Positions 49,301-59,100 of a DNA stretch of 64,000 bases are shown here, in pieces. The stretch is from Narcine bancroftii (lineage: Eukaryota). The notes beneath the pieces were generated by a model. That model did not search any database and was not told the DNA's origin. It saw only the letters and a list, made by a program, of their open reading frames with translations. Numbering within the stretch: the first letter of the stretch is position 1; every line of letters begins with the position of its first letter. The stretch spans positions 61,568,001-61,632,000 of the forward strand of contig NC_091480.1 of NCBI RefSeq assembly GCF_036971445.1, in the 5' to 3' direction. The position numbers and the translations under genes were made by a program.

Positions 49301-49650
49301 GGGTGTGATGAGGTGTAGACGGGGTGGATGGAGGGGAGGGGATTTGATGAGGTGTAGACGGGGTGGATAGAGGGGAGGGGGTGTGATGAGGTGTAGACTG
49401 GGTGGATGGAGGGGAGGGGGTGTGATGAGGCGTAGACAAAGGGGAGGGGAGATAGGGGAGAGTGGGGCTCGAGAGAGAGGAGAGTGGAGTAGGGAGAAGG
49501 TGTGGCAAGGCGTGGTCACTGACATCATCCATCCCGGCATGCACGGCAGGCGAAGCCGGGCGTGGCTCCACCTAATATTCTGGAAGATTCCACCTGTCCC
49601 CACTAACTACTTACGATGCCTGGCAGGTTGGCATATTTAGGATCTGCCAT
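7298..49650 (-). CDS. DCTN2: Dynactin subunit 2 (p50 dynamitin), whole spliced CDS span; 402 aa, or 407 aa with both microexons
   Basis: 14 GT-AG exons with consistent phases sum to 1209 nt, from [12 protein letters not shown] to VRKLAA*. Recognisable DCTN2 peptide throughout. Confidence 0.97.
7725..7816 (-). CDS. DCTN2: DCTN2 exon 15
   Basis: (A)[30 protein letters not shown]; 92 nt; AG/GT flanks. Confidence 0.95.
8161..8263 (-). CDS. DCTN2: DCTN2 exon 14
   Basis: [34 protein letters not shown]; 103 nt. Confidence 0.95.
8681..8752 (-). CDS. DCTN2: DCTN2 exon 13
   Basis: [24 protein letters not shown]; 72 nt. Confidence 0.95.
9856..9933 (-). CDS. DCTN2: DCTN2 exon 12
   Basis: [26 protein letters not shown]; 78 nt. 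Confidence 0.95.
10133..10330. repeat. 52-bp minisatellite (acacattcccagggtcagacacagagtgaagctccctccacaccgtcccatc)
   Basis: 3-4 tandem copies; a related copy sits at about 5570-5640. Confidence 0.85.
10706..10744 (-). CDS. DCTN2: DCTN2 exon 11
   Basis: ccacag|[13 protein letters not shown]|gtgagc; 39 nt. Confidence 0.92.
11367..11432 (-). CDS. DCTN2: DCTN2 exon 10
   Basis: [22 protein letters not shown]; 66 nt. Confidence 0.95.
11560..12125. repeat. CT-rich low-complexity tract
   Basis: Polypyrimidine repeats of the ccctctccatcccctct type. Confidence 0.85.
12500..12647 (-). CDS. DCTN2: DCTN2 exon 9
   Basis: [11 protein letters not shown]...[19 protein letters not shown]; 148 nt. Confidence 0.95.
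13130..13690 (+). mobile_element. CR1 LINE 3' fragment
   Basis: Same family as 3898-4400, opposite strand (gaggctgagggggaccttata...). Confidence 0.8.
13792..13952 (-). CDS. DCTN2: DCTN2 exon 8
   Basis: [53 protein letters not shown](K); 161 nt; donor gtaagt. Confidence 0.95.
14150..15000. repeat. G-rich degenerate minisatellite (gtgtagggagcaccgagagagggagggg type)
   Basis: Many tandem, diverged copies of about 30/60 bp. Confidence 0.8.
15354..15452 (-). CDS. DCTN2: DCTN2 exon 7
   Basis: [33 protein letters not shown]; 99 nt. Confidence 0.95.
15628..17392 (-). mobile_element. 5'-truncated L1 (ORF2 C-terminus, 3'UTR, poly-A)
   Basis: AIRYLGIRL...[16 protein letters not shown] and [18 protein letters not shown] zinc knuckle; T-rich tail at about 15628. 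Confidence 0.92.
17532..21250 (+). mobile_element. L1 with 5'UTR, internally deleted (most of ORF1 and the endonuclease missing), degenerate RT
   Basis: 5' end ggagtcacatgatggagtagtggccgg matches 56190. Jumps at about 18114 to sequence matching about 58962. [12 protein letters not shown] and [12 protein letters not shown] motifs; stops and frameshifts; poly-A at about 21231-21250. Confidence 0.93.
21255..22110. mobile_element. Degenerate CR1 fragments (+ strand to about 21840, - strand about 21850-22110)
   Basis: tttgcgaatgacactaaa (FADDTK-like) and [11 protein letters not shown]. Confidence 0.7.
22168..22229 (-). CDS. DCTN2: DCTN2 exon 6
   Basis: (D)[20 protein letters not shown]; 62 nt; donor gtgagt. 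Confidence 0.95.
23061..26543 (-). mobile_element. Degenerate Tc1-family DNA transposon with about 200-bp terminal inverted repeats; left TIR split by a CR1
   Basis: Transposase remnants ([50 protein letters not shown]). The right TIR 26340-26543 is the reverse complement of 23061-23156 plus 25033-25162. TA on both flanks. Confidence 0.88.
23157..25032 (+). mobile_element. CR1 LINE (ORF1 esterase remnant joined to RT 3' part), nested in the Tc1 TIR
   Basis: [11 protein letters not shown] and CLPGARV (SGNH esterase); [22 protein letters not shown]; tail ttctacggttctat. Confidence 0.9.
26928..27024 (-). CDS. DCTN2: DCTN2 exon 5
   Basis: [32 protein letters not shown]; 97 nt; donor gtgagt. Confidence 0.95.
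27270..27775 (+). mobile_element. Penelope-like element 3' remnant with hammerhead motif
   Basis: acagtccaatggtgtgaacagaa, then a C-rich tract, then TTGATGA-A-GAGCT-TC-AGCCC-GAAAC-ATC at 27690-27717. Confidence 0.55.
28026..30095 (-). mobile_element. CR1 LINE, 5'-truncated, RT largely readable with frameshifts
   Basis: [38 protein letters not shown]; (ttctatg)n-type tail at about 28026-28045. Confidence 0.93.
30800..31580 (-). mobile_element. Penelope-like element remnant: GIY-YIG endonuclease fragment plus terminal repeat with hammerhead motif
   Basis: [35 protein letters not shown] is a degenerate GIY...YIGET.R.L..R..EH motif; TTGATGA-A-GGGC-TCAG-GCCT-GAAAT at 30885-30858. Confidence 0.8.
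32124..32129 (-). CDS. DCTN2: DCTN2 6-nt microexon (EL)
   Basis: cttttgtcctcttttggaattacaag|GAACTG|gtaagg; phase 0; matches the EL of the FAQEL insert of the long vertebrate DCTN2 isoform (recalled). Confidence 0.8.
33240..34015 (-). mobile_element. CR1 LINE 3' fragment
   Basis: [16 protein letters not shown] and YCAQFWSP. Confidence 0.85.
34141..39733. mobile_element. Tigger7/MER44-like (pogo) non-autonomous element enclosing the satellite array
   Basis: TA|caatagtcccccttatccgcgggggatacattccaagacc at the left end and ...ggataaggggagaccactg at the right end form TIRs. Family assignment is from a recalled consensus. Confidence 0.7.
34381..39670. repeat. 5.3-kb G-rich satellite array, about 44-50 bp monomers (gggctgtggggagagagcagggcagtgggatcagtgtggggaccgacac)
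   Basis: Roughly 100 copies; contains a 928-bp tandem duplication and a 213-bp higher-order unit. Confidence 0.95.
39745..39975 (-). mobile_element. Penelope-type terminal repeat with hammerhead motif
   Basis: Similar to 30800-31020; TTGACGA-A-GGGC-TCAG-GCCT-GAAAC at 39833-39806. Confidence 0.6.
40161..40510. mobile_element. MITE (non-autonomous DNA transposon, possibly PIF/Harbinger-like)
   Basis: TIRs agccccttttccactagc / gccagtggaaaagggact; a partial second copy at about 47673-47860. Confidence 0.6.
40800..41270 (-). mobile_element. CR1 3' fragment
   Basis: Reverse complement of the family at 24420-24820. Confidence 0.8.
41359..41600 (+). mobile_element. Solo LTR (242 bp)
   Basis: TG...CA termini, ATTGG box, AATAAA near 41546, CCCCC on both flanks. 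Confidence 0.6.
41782..41790 (-). CDS. DCTN2: DCTN2 9-nt microexon (FAQ)
   Basis: tcctttgcctggatcactag|TTTGCTCAA|gtaaga; phase 0; encodes the FAQ of the long-isoform FAQEL insert; two TGCATG motifs downstream. Confidence 0.85.
42661..43087. mobile_element. Tc1/pogo-superfamily MITE
   Basis: Imperfect TIRs taccttatatactcaattaacagtcgac / ttcgactattacacagtatatactgta. Confidence 0.5.
43160..43515. repeat. About 38-42 bp minisatellite (ggagggtgtcagagggagggaatgtctggaattccct)
   Basis: About 9 diverged tandem copies inside a CR1 tail. Confidence 0.75.
43986..44054 (-). CDS. DCTN2: DCTN2 exon 2
   Basis: [23 protein letters not shown]; 69 nt; tttcag| and |gtaaga. Confidence 0.96.
44310..44545. repeat. 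24-bp tandem repeat (gtgagcgggtcggcagcagtgacg)
   Basis: About 8 copies; this produces the SGSAAVTV repeat ORF. Confidence 0.9.
44990..47660 (+). mobile_element. Degenerate CR1 LINE (ORF1 SGNH esterase, EN start, RT), interrupted by a hAT MITE
   Basis: [46 protein letters not shown]; aagtttgctgatgacaca. Confidence 0.9.
46165..46440. mobile_element. hAT-like MITE (composite)
   Basis: cagtggttttcaacct (46309) to agtttaaaaaccactg (46440), with internal palindrome ccttaagcaatcccta / tagggattgcttaagg. Confidence 0.65.
49095..49440. repeat. 39-bp minisatellite (gatgaggtgtagacggggtggatggaggggagggggtgt)
   Basis: About 8 copies; the same unit occurs at about 11140-11270. Confidence 0.88.
49615..49650 (-). 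CDS. DCTN2: DCTN2 exon 1 coding part
   Basis: ATCATGG start; [12 protein letters not shown]|gtaagt; 36 nt. Confidence 0.96.
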
Positions 49651-49870
49651 GATTCTTCCGTCCGATCCGTCGTCCTTTAAACCTAAAAATAAATATTCAA
49701 CTCCCGACGAAGCGAAATGATTTCGTTCTCCGACTTCGCCTCACCGCCGGCTCCGACAGCCCACGGCTCTCGCGAGATCTTGGGCCGTCCCTTCTCCGTG
49801 ACACAGGCGCATGCCGAAAAGGCCTCTGGGCATTGGAGTTCTCAAGCGACTCCTAATATCGGGCGCTCAC
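49651..49870 (-). promoter_or_regulatory. DCTN2 CpG promoter/5'UTR with TCTCGCGAGA palindrome
   Basis: CpG-rich; TCTCGCGAGA at 49768-49777; GCGCATGC at 49807-49814; CCAAT on the minus strand at 49832-49836. Confidence 0.75.
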
Positions 49871-50652
49871 ATCCAGTTCTCTATTCAGACTGCCCACCCA
49901 CCTTCTTCCTGTCTCCTTACCTCAAGTTCTCACCCTCCCCTTTCCCCCCATCTCCTCTTACCCTTTTCTCATCCAGTTTAACACCTTTAATCTGTTCCTC
50001 CATTCTACCCCCCTCCCGTTCCACTCCCCGCCCACTCTACCCCTCCCATTCTATCCCCCTCCCACTTTACCCCCCTACCCACTCTACTCCCTTCACACAG
50101 AGTGGTGGGGGTGTGGATCGAGCTGCCAGCTAAAGTGGTGAATGGGGCCTCAATTTTACATTTAAGAACAATGTGGACAGGTACCTGGATGGGAGAGGTG
50201 TGGAGGGCTATGGACTGGGACTAGGCAGAAAAATGGTTCGGCACAGACTAGAAGGACTGATGGGCCTGTTTGCATAGTTACTCTCTCCAGTCTTTATTCA
50301 GACACCTGTCTGCTTTTTGCTGATTCCTTGAGGATGCTGTAAGAATGGATGAGTTCTTCCAGCATTTCTGTCTGTTTTACTCCCTTGTGAGGCCATTTTC
50401 CTCAAGCTTCTTTATTTGCTGTTGTATCGATGTGGGTGGACTAGGACAGGTCCCTGGGGAGGCTTACCCTGCGAGGCAGAGACTGGCTGTGGCTTCCGTC
50501 TGGATGAGAAGAAGCCAATTTAAAATCAGTATCGGTGGTTTAGAAGGAACAAAAGCAAGGGCCAGCCATTCTGCATCTCCTTCCTGCTTCCCCACTCAAC
50601 AATAACATGACTCATTTAACTTGGTGCCAGTTCTCCATGCCATTTCCTACAT

Positions 50653-50822
50653 TGTGATGGTGACTAGCATCAAACCACATTAGACAGAGTGCAGGTAAAT
50701 GCTAGTTTTAATAGACTAATATATACAGTTAGGCCTTGCCTCTGTGCAAGCCTAGGCCAGAATTAAGGGGGATGGGCTGCAACCGGTTTATATATGCAAG
50801 GACATAATAACATACCACCACA
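50653..50822 (-). mobile_element. Possible short solo LTR
   Basis: tgtgatggt...accaccaca inverted termini, with TATATAA and ATTAAA in order on the minus strand. Confidence 0.4.
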
Positions 50823-51029
50823 CATTGATCCAGAATTAACATCTAAATATTTATTGATCTTGTGAGCACTTGATGTTCTGCCCAAACCTAATTGTCATTT
50901 GTTGTCATCTGTACAGAGATGCAGTGATCTTTTTGTGTGCTATGCAGACAAACCAACTTGTACTCAAGTACAACAGGTAGTACAATAACAAATTAAAAGA
51001 GCACAGTGTAATGATACAGCAGGTCACAG

Positions 51030-51245
51030 AGTGCAGGGTGGGGTGTTACAGGGAATCACAGTGCAGGGTAGGGTGTTAGAGGGAATCACAGTGCAGGGTG
51101 GGGTGTTACAGGAAGTCACAGAGTGCGGGGTGGGGTGTTACAGTGAGATACAGTGCAGGGTGGGGTGTTACAGAGAGTCACAGAGTGTGGGGTGTTACAG
51201 TGAGGCACAGAGGGCAGGGTGGGGTGTTACAGGGAGTCACAGAGT
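51030..51245. repeat. About 30-bp tandem repeat (agtgcagggtggggtgttacagggaatcac)
   Basis: About 7 copies. Confidence 0.85.
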
Positions 51246-51327
51246 TACACTGACAACATGCAGGGGTTACAGAAAGTGTCAGTTAAACATTTCTGGCCTT
51301 CATCAAATTATAATCTTTATATTGGTG

Positions 51328-51740
51328 TATGAACAAGGAGGATTACAGCTACCAAATTTGAAAAACTATTACAGGGCAGCACAGTTAAGACATCTATCGG
51401 ATTTTTATCAGACGGGAGGAAACCTGGATTGGCTCAAGATAGAATTATATAAATTAGGAGAAAAGCTCACAGAACATTTACTCAATAAATGGGATGAGAA
51501 ACTGGTGCAACACAATAATCTATCAATATTACATCATATACTAAAAACCTGGAAGAGAATACATCTGGAACAAAAGATGATAAATTATCAAATACCAAAA
51601 ATGCTACTGATGCAAAACCCATTAATATCTTTTACAATTGACAATTTAATTTTTAAGGAATGGGCGAGAAAAGGAATTAAAAGAATAAAAGATTACTTTT
51701 TGGGAAATAATTTATTAACATTTGAACAGTTTAAAAAAAA
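51328..51740 (+). mobile_element. L1 ORF2 C-terminal fragment (older subfamily)
   Basis: [26 protein letters not shown], diverged from the copy near 60620. Confidence 0.85.
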
Positions 51741-52071
51741 CCATTGTGCTTTATATGGAGAGCTCTGAAAAGATAGAAAGATGGTAAGGAAAGTAGCAAG
51801 GTGTGAACTCCAATTTGGTGGGGGGGGGGGGAGAGATGGTGAGGGAGAGGAGCAATTTTTTAAAATTGCGCTAAAGGGAGGGTTTCTTCTTTTTCGGTAG
51901 AATCCGCGGACTTTGTCAATTACTACTGTCAATGTAACCATCAGCTAGGGATGCGTGTGTTTCTTAAAGAAGAAATGTATGTGTTGGAAATGTCTCTTAA
52001 TAGGGAAATGTTATGACAGTATTTTTTTTAATTGGGAAGATATTATTGTTATACAATATTTGAGAAATGGT

Positions 52072-52995
52072 ATGGCTAAAACACTAAAATGTATTAGTCT
52101 TAACATTAATGGGATAAACGGTAAGGTGAAGAGGAAGATCGTATTGGCATACTTAAAGAAATTAAAAGTGGATATAATCTTTTTGCAGGAAACGCATCTT
52201 ACCAAATTGGAAAATGATTAATTAAAAAGAGGATGAGTGGGACAAATAATATAGTCTTCCTTTGGTGCAAAGACAAGAGGGGTGGCAATTCTAATTAATA
52301 AAATTTCACCAGTGTTAATAGAAGATACATCGATTGACCAAGCCGGAAGGTATGTAATGGCACATTGTGAAATTTGTGGAGAAGCATGGACGTTCATGAA
52401 TATTTATGACCCGAATTATGATGATAAAGCCTTTATGAAGGATATCTTCTTAAAAAACACCAGAGGGAAGATAAAATATACTGGTTGGAGGTGACTTTAA
52501 TTTCTGCTTGGACCCAATACTAGATAAATCGGTAGGAACAATAACGAGGGCGAAAGCTGCAAAAACCACAATTTCATATCTGAAAGATCTAAATCTTATC
52601 AATGTATAGAGGCAGTTAGATCCCACAGAGAGAGACAACTCTTTTTACTCAAGGGTGCACGACTCACATACAAGGATTGACTTATTTTTAATGTCTGTCC
52701 AGTTAAAAAGTAGAGTGATAAAAAGCAGAATATCTAGCGAGGCTTCTATCAGATCATTCTCCATTAATATTAACCATAGCAACAATGGAAATACAAGAGA
52801 ATGTATACAGATGGCATTTCAATACTACATTGCTAAAAAGAACAGACCTGCAAATTTATAAAAAGAAATATTTTGTGAAACAAATCTGCCGTCTACTAAT
52901 AATAGTTTTCTGATGTGGGACATGGTCAAAGCATATTTCAGGGGACAAATTATATCCTATATGAAGATTCTTAAGAGGAAACACATGGCAGAAGT
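52072..52995 (+). mobile_element. L1 ORF2 endonuclease fragment
   Basis: SLNINGIN...VDIIFLQETHL, GGDFN and SDHSP motifs, with stops. Confidence 0.88.
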
Positions 52996-53987
52996 AAACT
53001 TGTATACTTGTATACTTCTTGTATCTTTCCTACAGCTGGGTGCCAAAAACTGACCACAATACTCCCAAGTGTGGTCTTCCCAACGTCTTGGACAGTTGTA
53101 ACGGGACGTCCCTGTTCCTGTGACAAGCCAGAGGTATATAAAATCAGAAGGGAGGCTGGACGGGTAGCAGAGGGAGCGTCCATCCTTGCTGGAGTGTGTG
53201 TGGGTTTATAAAGTTGTGGGAGGAAGTAGAAGGGGAGATACCAGAATCTTTCTCACGGTGAGGGAAGTCTAAAACATTGGCTTCAGGTGAGAGTGGAAAC
53301 ATTTCAAAGGGCCTTCACACAGAGAAGTGTTGAATGAGCTACTGGAGAAGACAGGAGCAGGAACAACATGGAAGAGACATCCAGAGAGTGAGTTGAATGA
53401 GCAGGAAATAGAGGGATATGAAGTTAATGGAGGCATGAGATTAATGTGGATAGGTATGGTGGTCATTATGGCAGTGTGGGCTGAAGACCTGCTTCTGTGC
53501 TGTGCCTCCCCATGAGCTGAGGGGTACCCTATTCACACAGAGGGTGGTAGGTGTGTGGAACAAGCTGGAGGTGGGGACAATTACACCGTTTAACAGACAT
53601 TTGGATAGGTCCGTGGATGGGAAAGGTTCAGAGGGGGATGGGACGAACACAGGGACATGAAACCACCTCAAAGGTTTCTTTTATTGTCACATGATATACA
53701 TGGCATGCTTCAACATCTGCCTGCCGTAAGACAGAGTCTCCATGAGCATTGCCCAGTGCCTCAAACAACAGGAGAAAGAGAAGCAAAAGAGAGTCCCTTC
53801 AGAGACACTGAGTATCCGTGGATTCACCTCCAGCCCCCACAGCCTCTGCAGCTGCATGGGCTACTGTTCAATCCATTGACAAGCTCAGTTGGATAGGGAG
53901 GAGATGGGCTGAAGGCCCTGTCTGCTATAGAACTCGAGGTTGAATGCTGACGTGTCTGGCTCTCTCGCCTTTCCAGCCCCTCCACAG

Positions 53988-54209
<222 letters not shown>

Positions 54210-54559
54210 GGTGTGTGACCACAGCCCCTCCTCCTGTAATTGTTCTGCTTCTACAACTGTTTATGTCTAAACAAAATCCTTTCTACATTGAAATAAAAGA
54301 GCAAGTCTTCTTTACCTTTCACAGCAAACTTTGTCCATCTCTATAGGTGTCTGTCTTTGTTCATCTGCGTGTGTGTGTGTCTGTCTGTGTCCATCTCTGG
54401 GTCCATCCGTGCGTGTGTGTCTGTTCATCTCTGTGTATGTGTCCATCTCTGTGTGTATATCAGTATGTCTGTGTGTCTATCTCTCTGTGTGTATCTGTAT
54501 GTGTGTGTCTACCTATCTATCTGTGTCCATTTGTGTGTGTATCTGTCTATCCGTGTCAA

Positions 54560-55010
54560 TGCATTTTGGAGAAGGAATAAAGTTGACAATTTTCTAAAAT
54601 GGGGAGAGATTTCAGTGAGTAGAGGTTGATAGGGACTAGGGAGTCCTCGTTCAGGATTCCCTGATGGTTAACCTGCAGGTCAAGTCTGGAGCAACCAAGG
54701 CAAATGCAACATTAGTATTCAATTTGCAGGTCCAGAACACAAAAGCAAAGATGCAAGGCTTAGTATTTATCAGCAACATTTGGAATTTTGTGAGCACTTA
54801 GATGCCACCATCTACAAGGATGTGCTTGTGTTGGAGAGGGTCCAGAGGAGGTTTACGAGAATGCTGCTAGAGATGAGAGGGTTAACGTATGAGGAGTGTC
54901 TGGCGGCTCTGGGCCTGTCCTCACTGGAGTTTAGAAGGATGGTGGGGGTCCTCATTGAAACAGCAAATATTGAGAGGGCTTGATAGATTGGGTGTGGAGA
55001 TGTTTCCTGT
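54560..55010 (+). mobile_element. CR1 3' fragment
   Basis: [18 protein letters not shown]...LEFRRM. Confidence 0.8.
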
Positions 55011-56189
55011 GGTCTGGGTCCAGAGGGTGATGGGTGGGGAAGGGTTATGAGGGGGGAGGGGTGATGGGTGGGAGGGATGACAGGAGGGGGGGATTGGAAG
55101 GAGCACAGCTCGGTCGGATCAGGAGTCCATGGTCCAAGAGCCAGTTTCACCAGCCTGGTCAGAGTAATTATCCCAACTCTGAGCTACTCCAGAAACCTGC
55201 CCATTTCCTGCTTCTCCCCTTCACAAAACCTGAAGTCACAAACATGACTATCCTCTGTTGGAGGTTGCTATTGGACTCCAAGAGGCCTGGGGGGGAAGGA
55301 ATACAGTCCCAGTCAACATATCCCTAGTGGGCTTCCCCAGGTCTCAGCTCCTCAATGCCCTGTAATAGAAGGACTGCAATCCTCAGCACCTAATCCTGCA
55401 GCCTAGAATGTGTCAATCAACAGCATTCCTGTTCCGATATCTCAGTCTACTGAAAGACCAACATCTTTTGGGCAGGCCAAAGGCAGTCTTTCACCAGGTT
55501 GATGATCTTCCAGTAGTTCTGGATCTCTGACTGTGTGTGTCCCTGGGAGCAGCCCGTAGATCAGAGAGTCCTCTGTCACGCTGCTGCTGGGGATGAACTG
55601 TGACAAGGACCCTTGCATCCCACCCCACATTCTGAGAAATTCTGCATTCTGCAAAGAGGTGGGCAACTATCTCCCCTCAACCGCAGTCATCTCGGGGGAC
55701 AACGTGTGTTGTGGTTGATGCTCCAGTTTTACAGGAAGGATCTGACCGGGAGAGCTTCTCTCACTGCTAGCCAGGCCTAGTCTTGGTGCCTGTTTATGAG
55801 CACTGGCGATGAAGTATTCTGCCAGATGACCTGAACAGTCTGCTCAGGGAATCACCCCACTGTGTCTCTTAGTCTCTGCTCTGTTCTGACCATTGCCTGA
55901 TGGCTTTGTGGAAAAGGTGTTGGTCAGAAAAAACATTTCCATGGTGGGGTAAAGTCCAGCTGACTGGGACAGATCATGGTAACAGGGTCTGGCTCATCCT
56001 TCACAGCACCTGGGACAGGTAGAACCTCAGCACAGAGCAGCACTTGGTTTGATGCACAGCCTGATGCAGCCACACCATGGTTGGTATCAGGGTGATGCCC
56101 ATGTTGGGTATATCCATGCCCCCATTGGTGACCTCGTACTTTGGTTCCACACACAGCCAGATGCAGCCACAAGAAGGTGGTGGATCACA

Positions 56190-59100
56190 GGAGTCACGTG
56201 ATGGAGTAGTGGCCGGTCAGGGAATTCCAGCCCTCTCCGGAAAAGTTTTAAAAATCGCACAAAACACAAAGGTACAAGAATAAAAATTAAAACAAAGTAA
56301 AAGTAAAGGTGAGAAGAAAATGGCAGCGAAGAGAGAAAAGTCGAAAGCAACGGAAAGAAGAGAAGATGAAAGAATGTCGGAAGAAGAAGGTGAAGGCCTT
56401 ACCTGTCCGAGGAGGCCCGTCGCGGAGAGAGAAGCCCGCTCCCTAAGGTCAGTGGAAGTCCCGAGCTCGGGACTACAAAAATGGCTCGCGGAGCCAAGTA
56501 AAAGTGCGCAACCGCGCATGCGCATGAAAAAAAACACACTGACGGGAGGAGGGAACAGCTGCGGAGTCGATCTCCACAGCTGAGAGTGACAGCTGCAACA
56601 CAGCAACAGGAGGAGAACATAGAAAATAATGACAACAAGAAAGCAGAGAGCAAAAAGAAAACAAGGAAACAACAGATGGCCAACCCAGAGGAAGAAGAAG
56701 AAGAACACAGAGAAATGGAAGAAGAAGGGAAAGGCAGGTCAATGGATATATCTTTTTTAAAAGAATATATGGAATCAGTGAAAGAATGGCAATTACAAGA
56801 ATTTAATGAGATAAAAAGAAGAATTAAGAGTGCAGAAGAAAAAATGAATAAAATAGAAATGGTCATATCAGAGATAGGAAAAAGAGTGGATAATGTGAAA
56901 GAACGAGAAATAATCGTAGAAATGGAAGTAGAGGACTTAAAAGAGAAATTAGAAGAATCTAATAAAAAAGTTAAAGAGGCACATGAGCTGTTAGCTCAGA
57001 AGATAGATATAATGAAAAACTATAATAGAAGAAATAATATAAAGATAGTGGGCCTTAAGGAAGATGAAGAAGGCAAGAATATGAGAGAATTTATAAAAGA
57101 TTGGATCCCCAGGGTCCTAGGAAGACCAGAATTACAGGAAGAAATGGAAATAGAACACTAGCCCCGAAACCACAACCGCAGCAAAAACCAAGATCCATTT
57201 TAGTAAAATTCTTAAGCTATACAACAAGAGAAAATATATTGGAGAAAGCAATGAAGAAAATAAGAGAAGACAAAAAGCCACTGGAATACAAAGGTCAAAA
57301 AATTTTTTTCTATCCAGATATAAGTTTTGAACTCCTGAAGAAGAGGAAGGAGTTCAATACAGCAAAAATGATCCTATGGAAAAAAGGATATAAATTTATG
57401 TTAAAGTACCCAGCGGTACTTAAAATAGTTATTCCAGGGCAACAAAACAGACTATTCTCGGATCCAGAGGAAGCACAAAAATTTGCAGAACAACTACAAA
57501 ACAAGCAGAGAGATGAAGACATGTAATGAGAGTCAAAATGACCACGAACTATATGTATGTGTGTATATGGGTATATATATATATATATATTGATGTGTAT
57601 GTATATATGTGTATACATGAGTGTATCCGTATTTAGAGGAAAATATATAGAGTATAGATAAGAATTAAGAAGGGAATGAAAGGGAATAGAGGGAATAAGG
57701 AGGGTATTAAAAGAGTAACCTTTGTTATATATGAAAATTGAAATCTTTTCTGGGGGGGGCTGGATGGGGAGGAGTTACGGTCACTGCAAAATCAGTTGAC
57801 GCTTGCGAGTGAATTCGCAAATCCAAATGGAGAGTGGAGATGTGGTTGCCCGACAAGGGATAAAGAGCAACTCAGGAGGGGAGGGGAGAATGGGGTTAAA
57901 GAAGTTTTAAATCGGAGAATAAGGAAAATGTTTGATGTTTTAGAAATGTTGTCTTATAAAGTGTTCAAAACAAGAAAGCAGAAATGGATAAGAAGGAAAG
58001 GTGATGATGAGGAAACGGAAAGGGAAGATAAACAAAGTATGAAATGGCTACGTTGAACTATATGACTTTAAATATGAACGGAATACATAACCAAATCAAA
58101 AGAAAGAAACTGCTAAATTTACTGAAAAAAAGAAAAAATTGATATAGCATTTGTGCAAGAAACACATTTAACTGAAATGGAGCATAAGAAATTAAAGAGA
58201 GATTGGGTAGGACATATAACAGCAGCGTCGTATAATTCAAAAGCAAGAGGAGTAGCTATATTAATCAATAAAAATGTACCAATTAAAATAGAAGAGGAAA
58301 TAATAGATCCAGCAGGGAGATATGTAATGATAAAATGTCAAATATATTTGGAGTTTTGGAATCTACTCAATGTATATTCACCTAACGAAGAAGGTCAAAA
58401 GTTTATGCAAGATATTTTTTTGATGATAGCAGGCATGCAAGGGAACATATTAATAGGAGGGGATTTCAACCTTAATTTGGATTCAAATATGGATAAAACT
58501 GGGAAAAAAATTAACAGAAAGAACAAAGTAACCAAATTTATAATTAAATCGATGCAAGAAATGCAACTTTTGGATATATGGAGGAAACAACACCCAAAGG
58601 AAAAGGAATATTCATATTATTTGGGTAGACATAAAACATACTTCAAGAATAGACCTATTCCTGCTATCAGCTCGCATGCAAGACAGAGTTAGAAAAACAG
58701 AATATAAAGCTAGAATATTATCGGACCACTCACCCCTGATATTGACAATAGAGTTAGAGGACATCCCTCCGAGAATGTATCGATGGGGATTAAACTCCAT
58801 GCTACTTAAAAGGCAGGATTTTAGAGAATTCATTGAAAGACAAATTAAAATTTACTTTGAAATAAATACAGAATCAATGAAAGATAAGTTTATACTATGG
58901 GACGCAATGAAAGCGTTCATCAGAGGGCAAATAATAAGTTATGTAACCAAGATGAAGAAGGACTACAATCAGGAAACAGTGCAGTTGGAAAGGGAAATAA
59001 TAAATATAGAAAAATAATTAGCAATGAAGGAAGACACAACTAAAAGAAGAGAATTGGCAGATAAAAAAATAAAATATGAAACACTACAAACATAAGGTGG

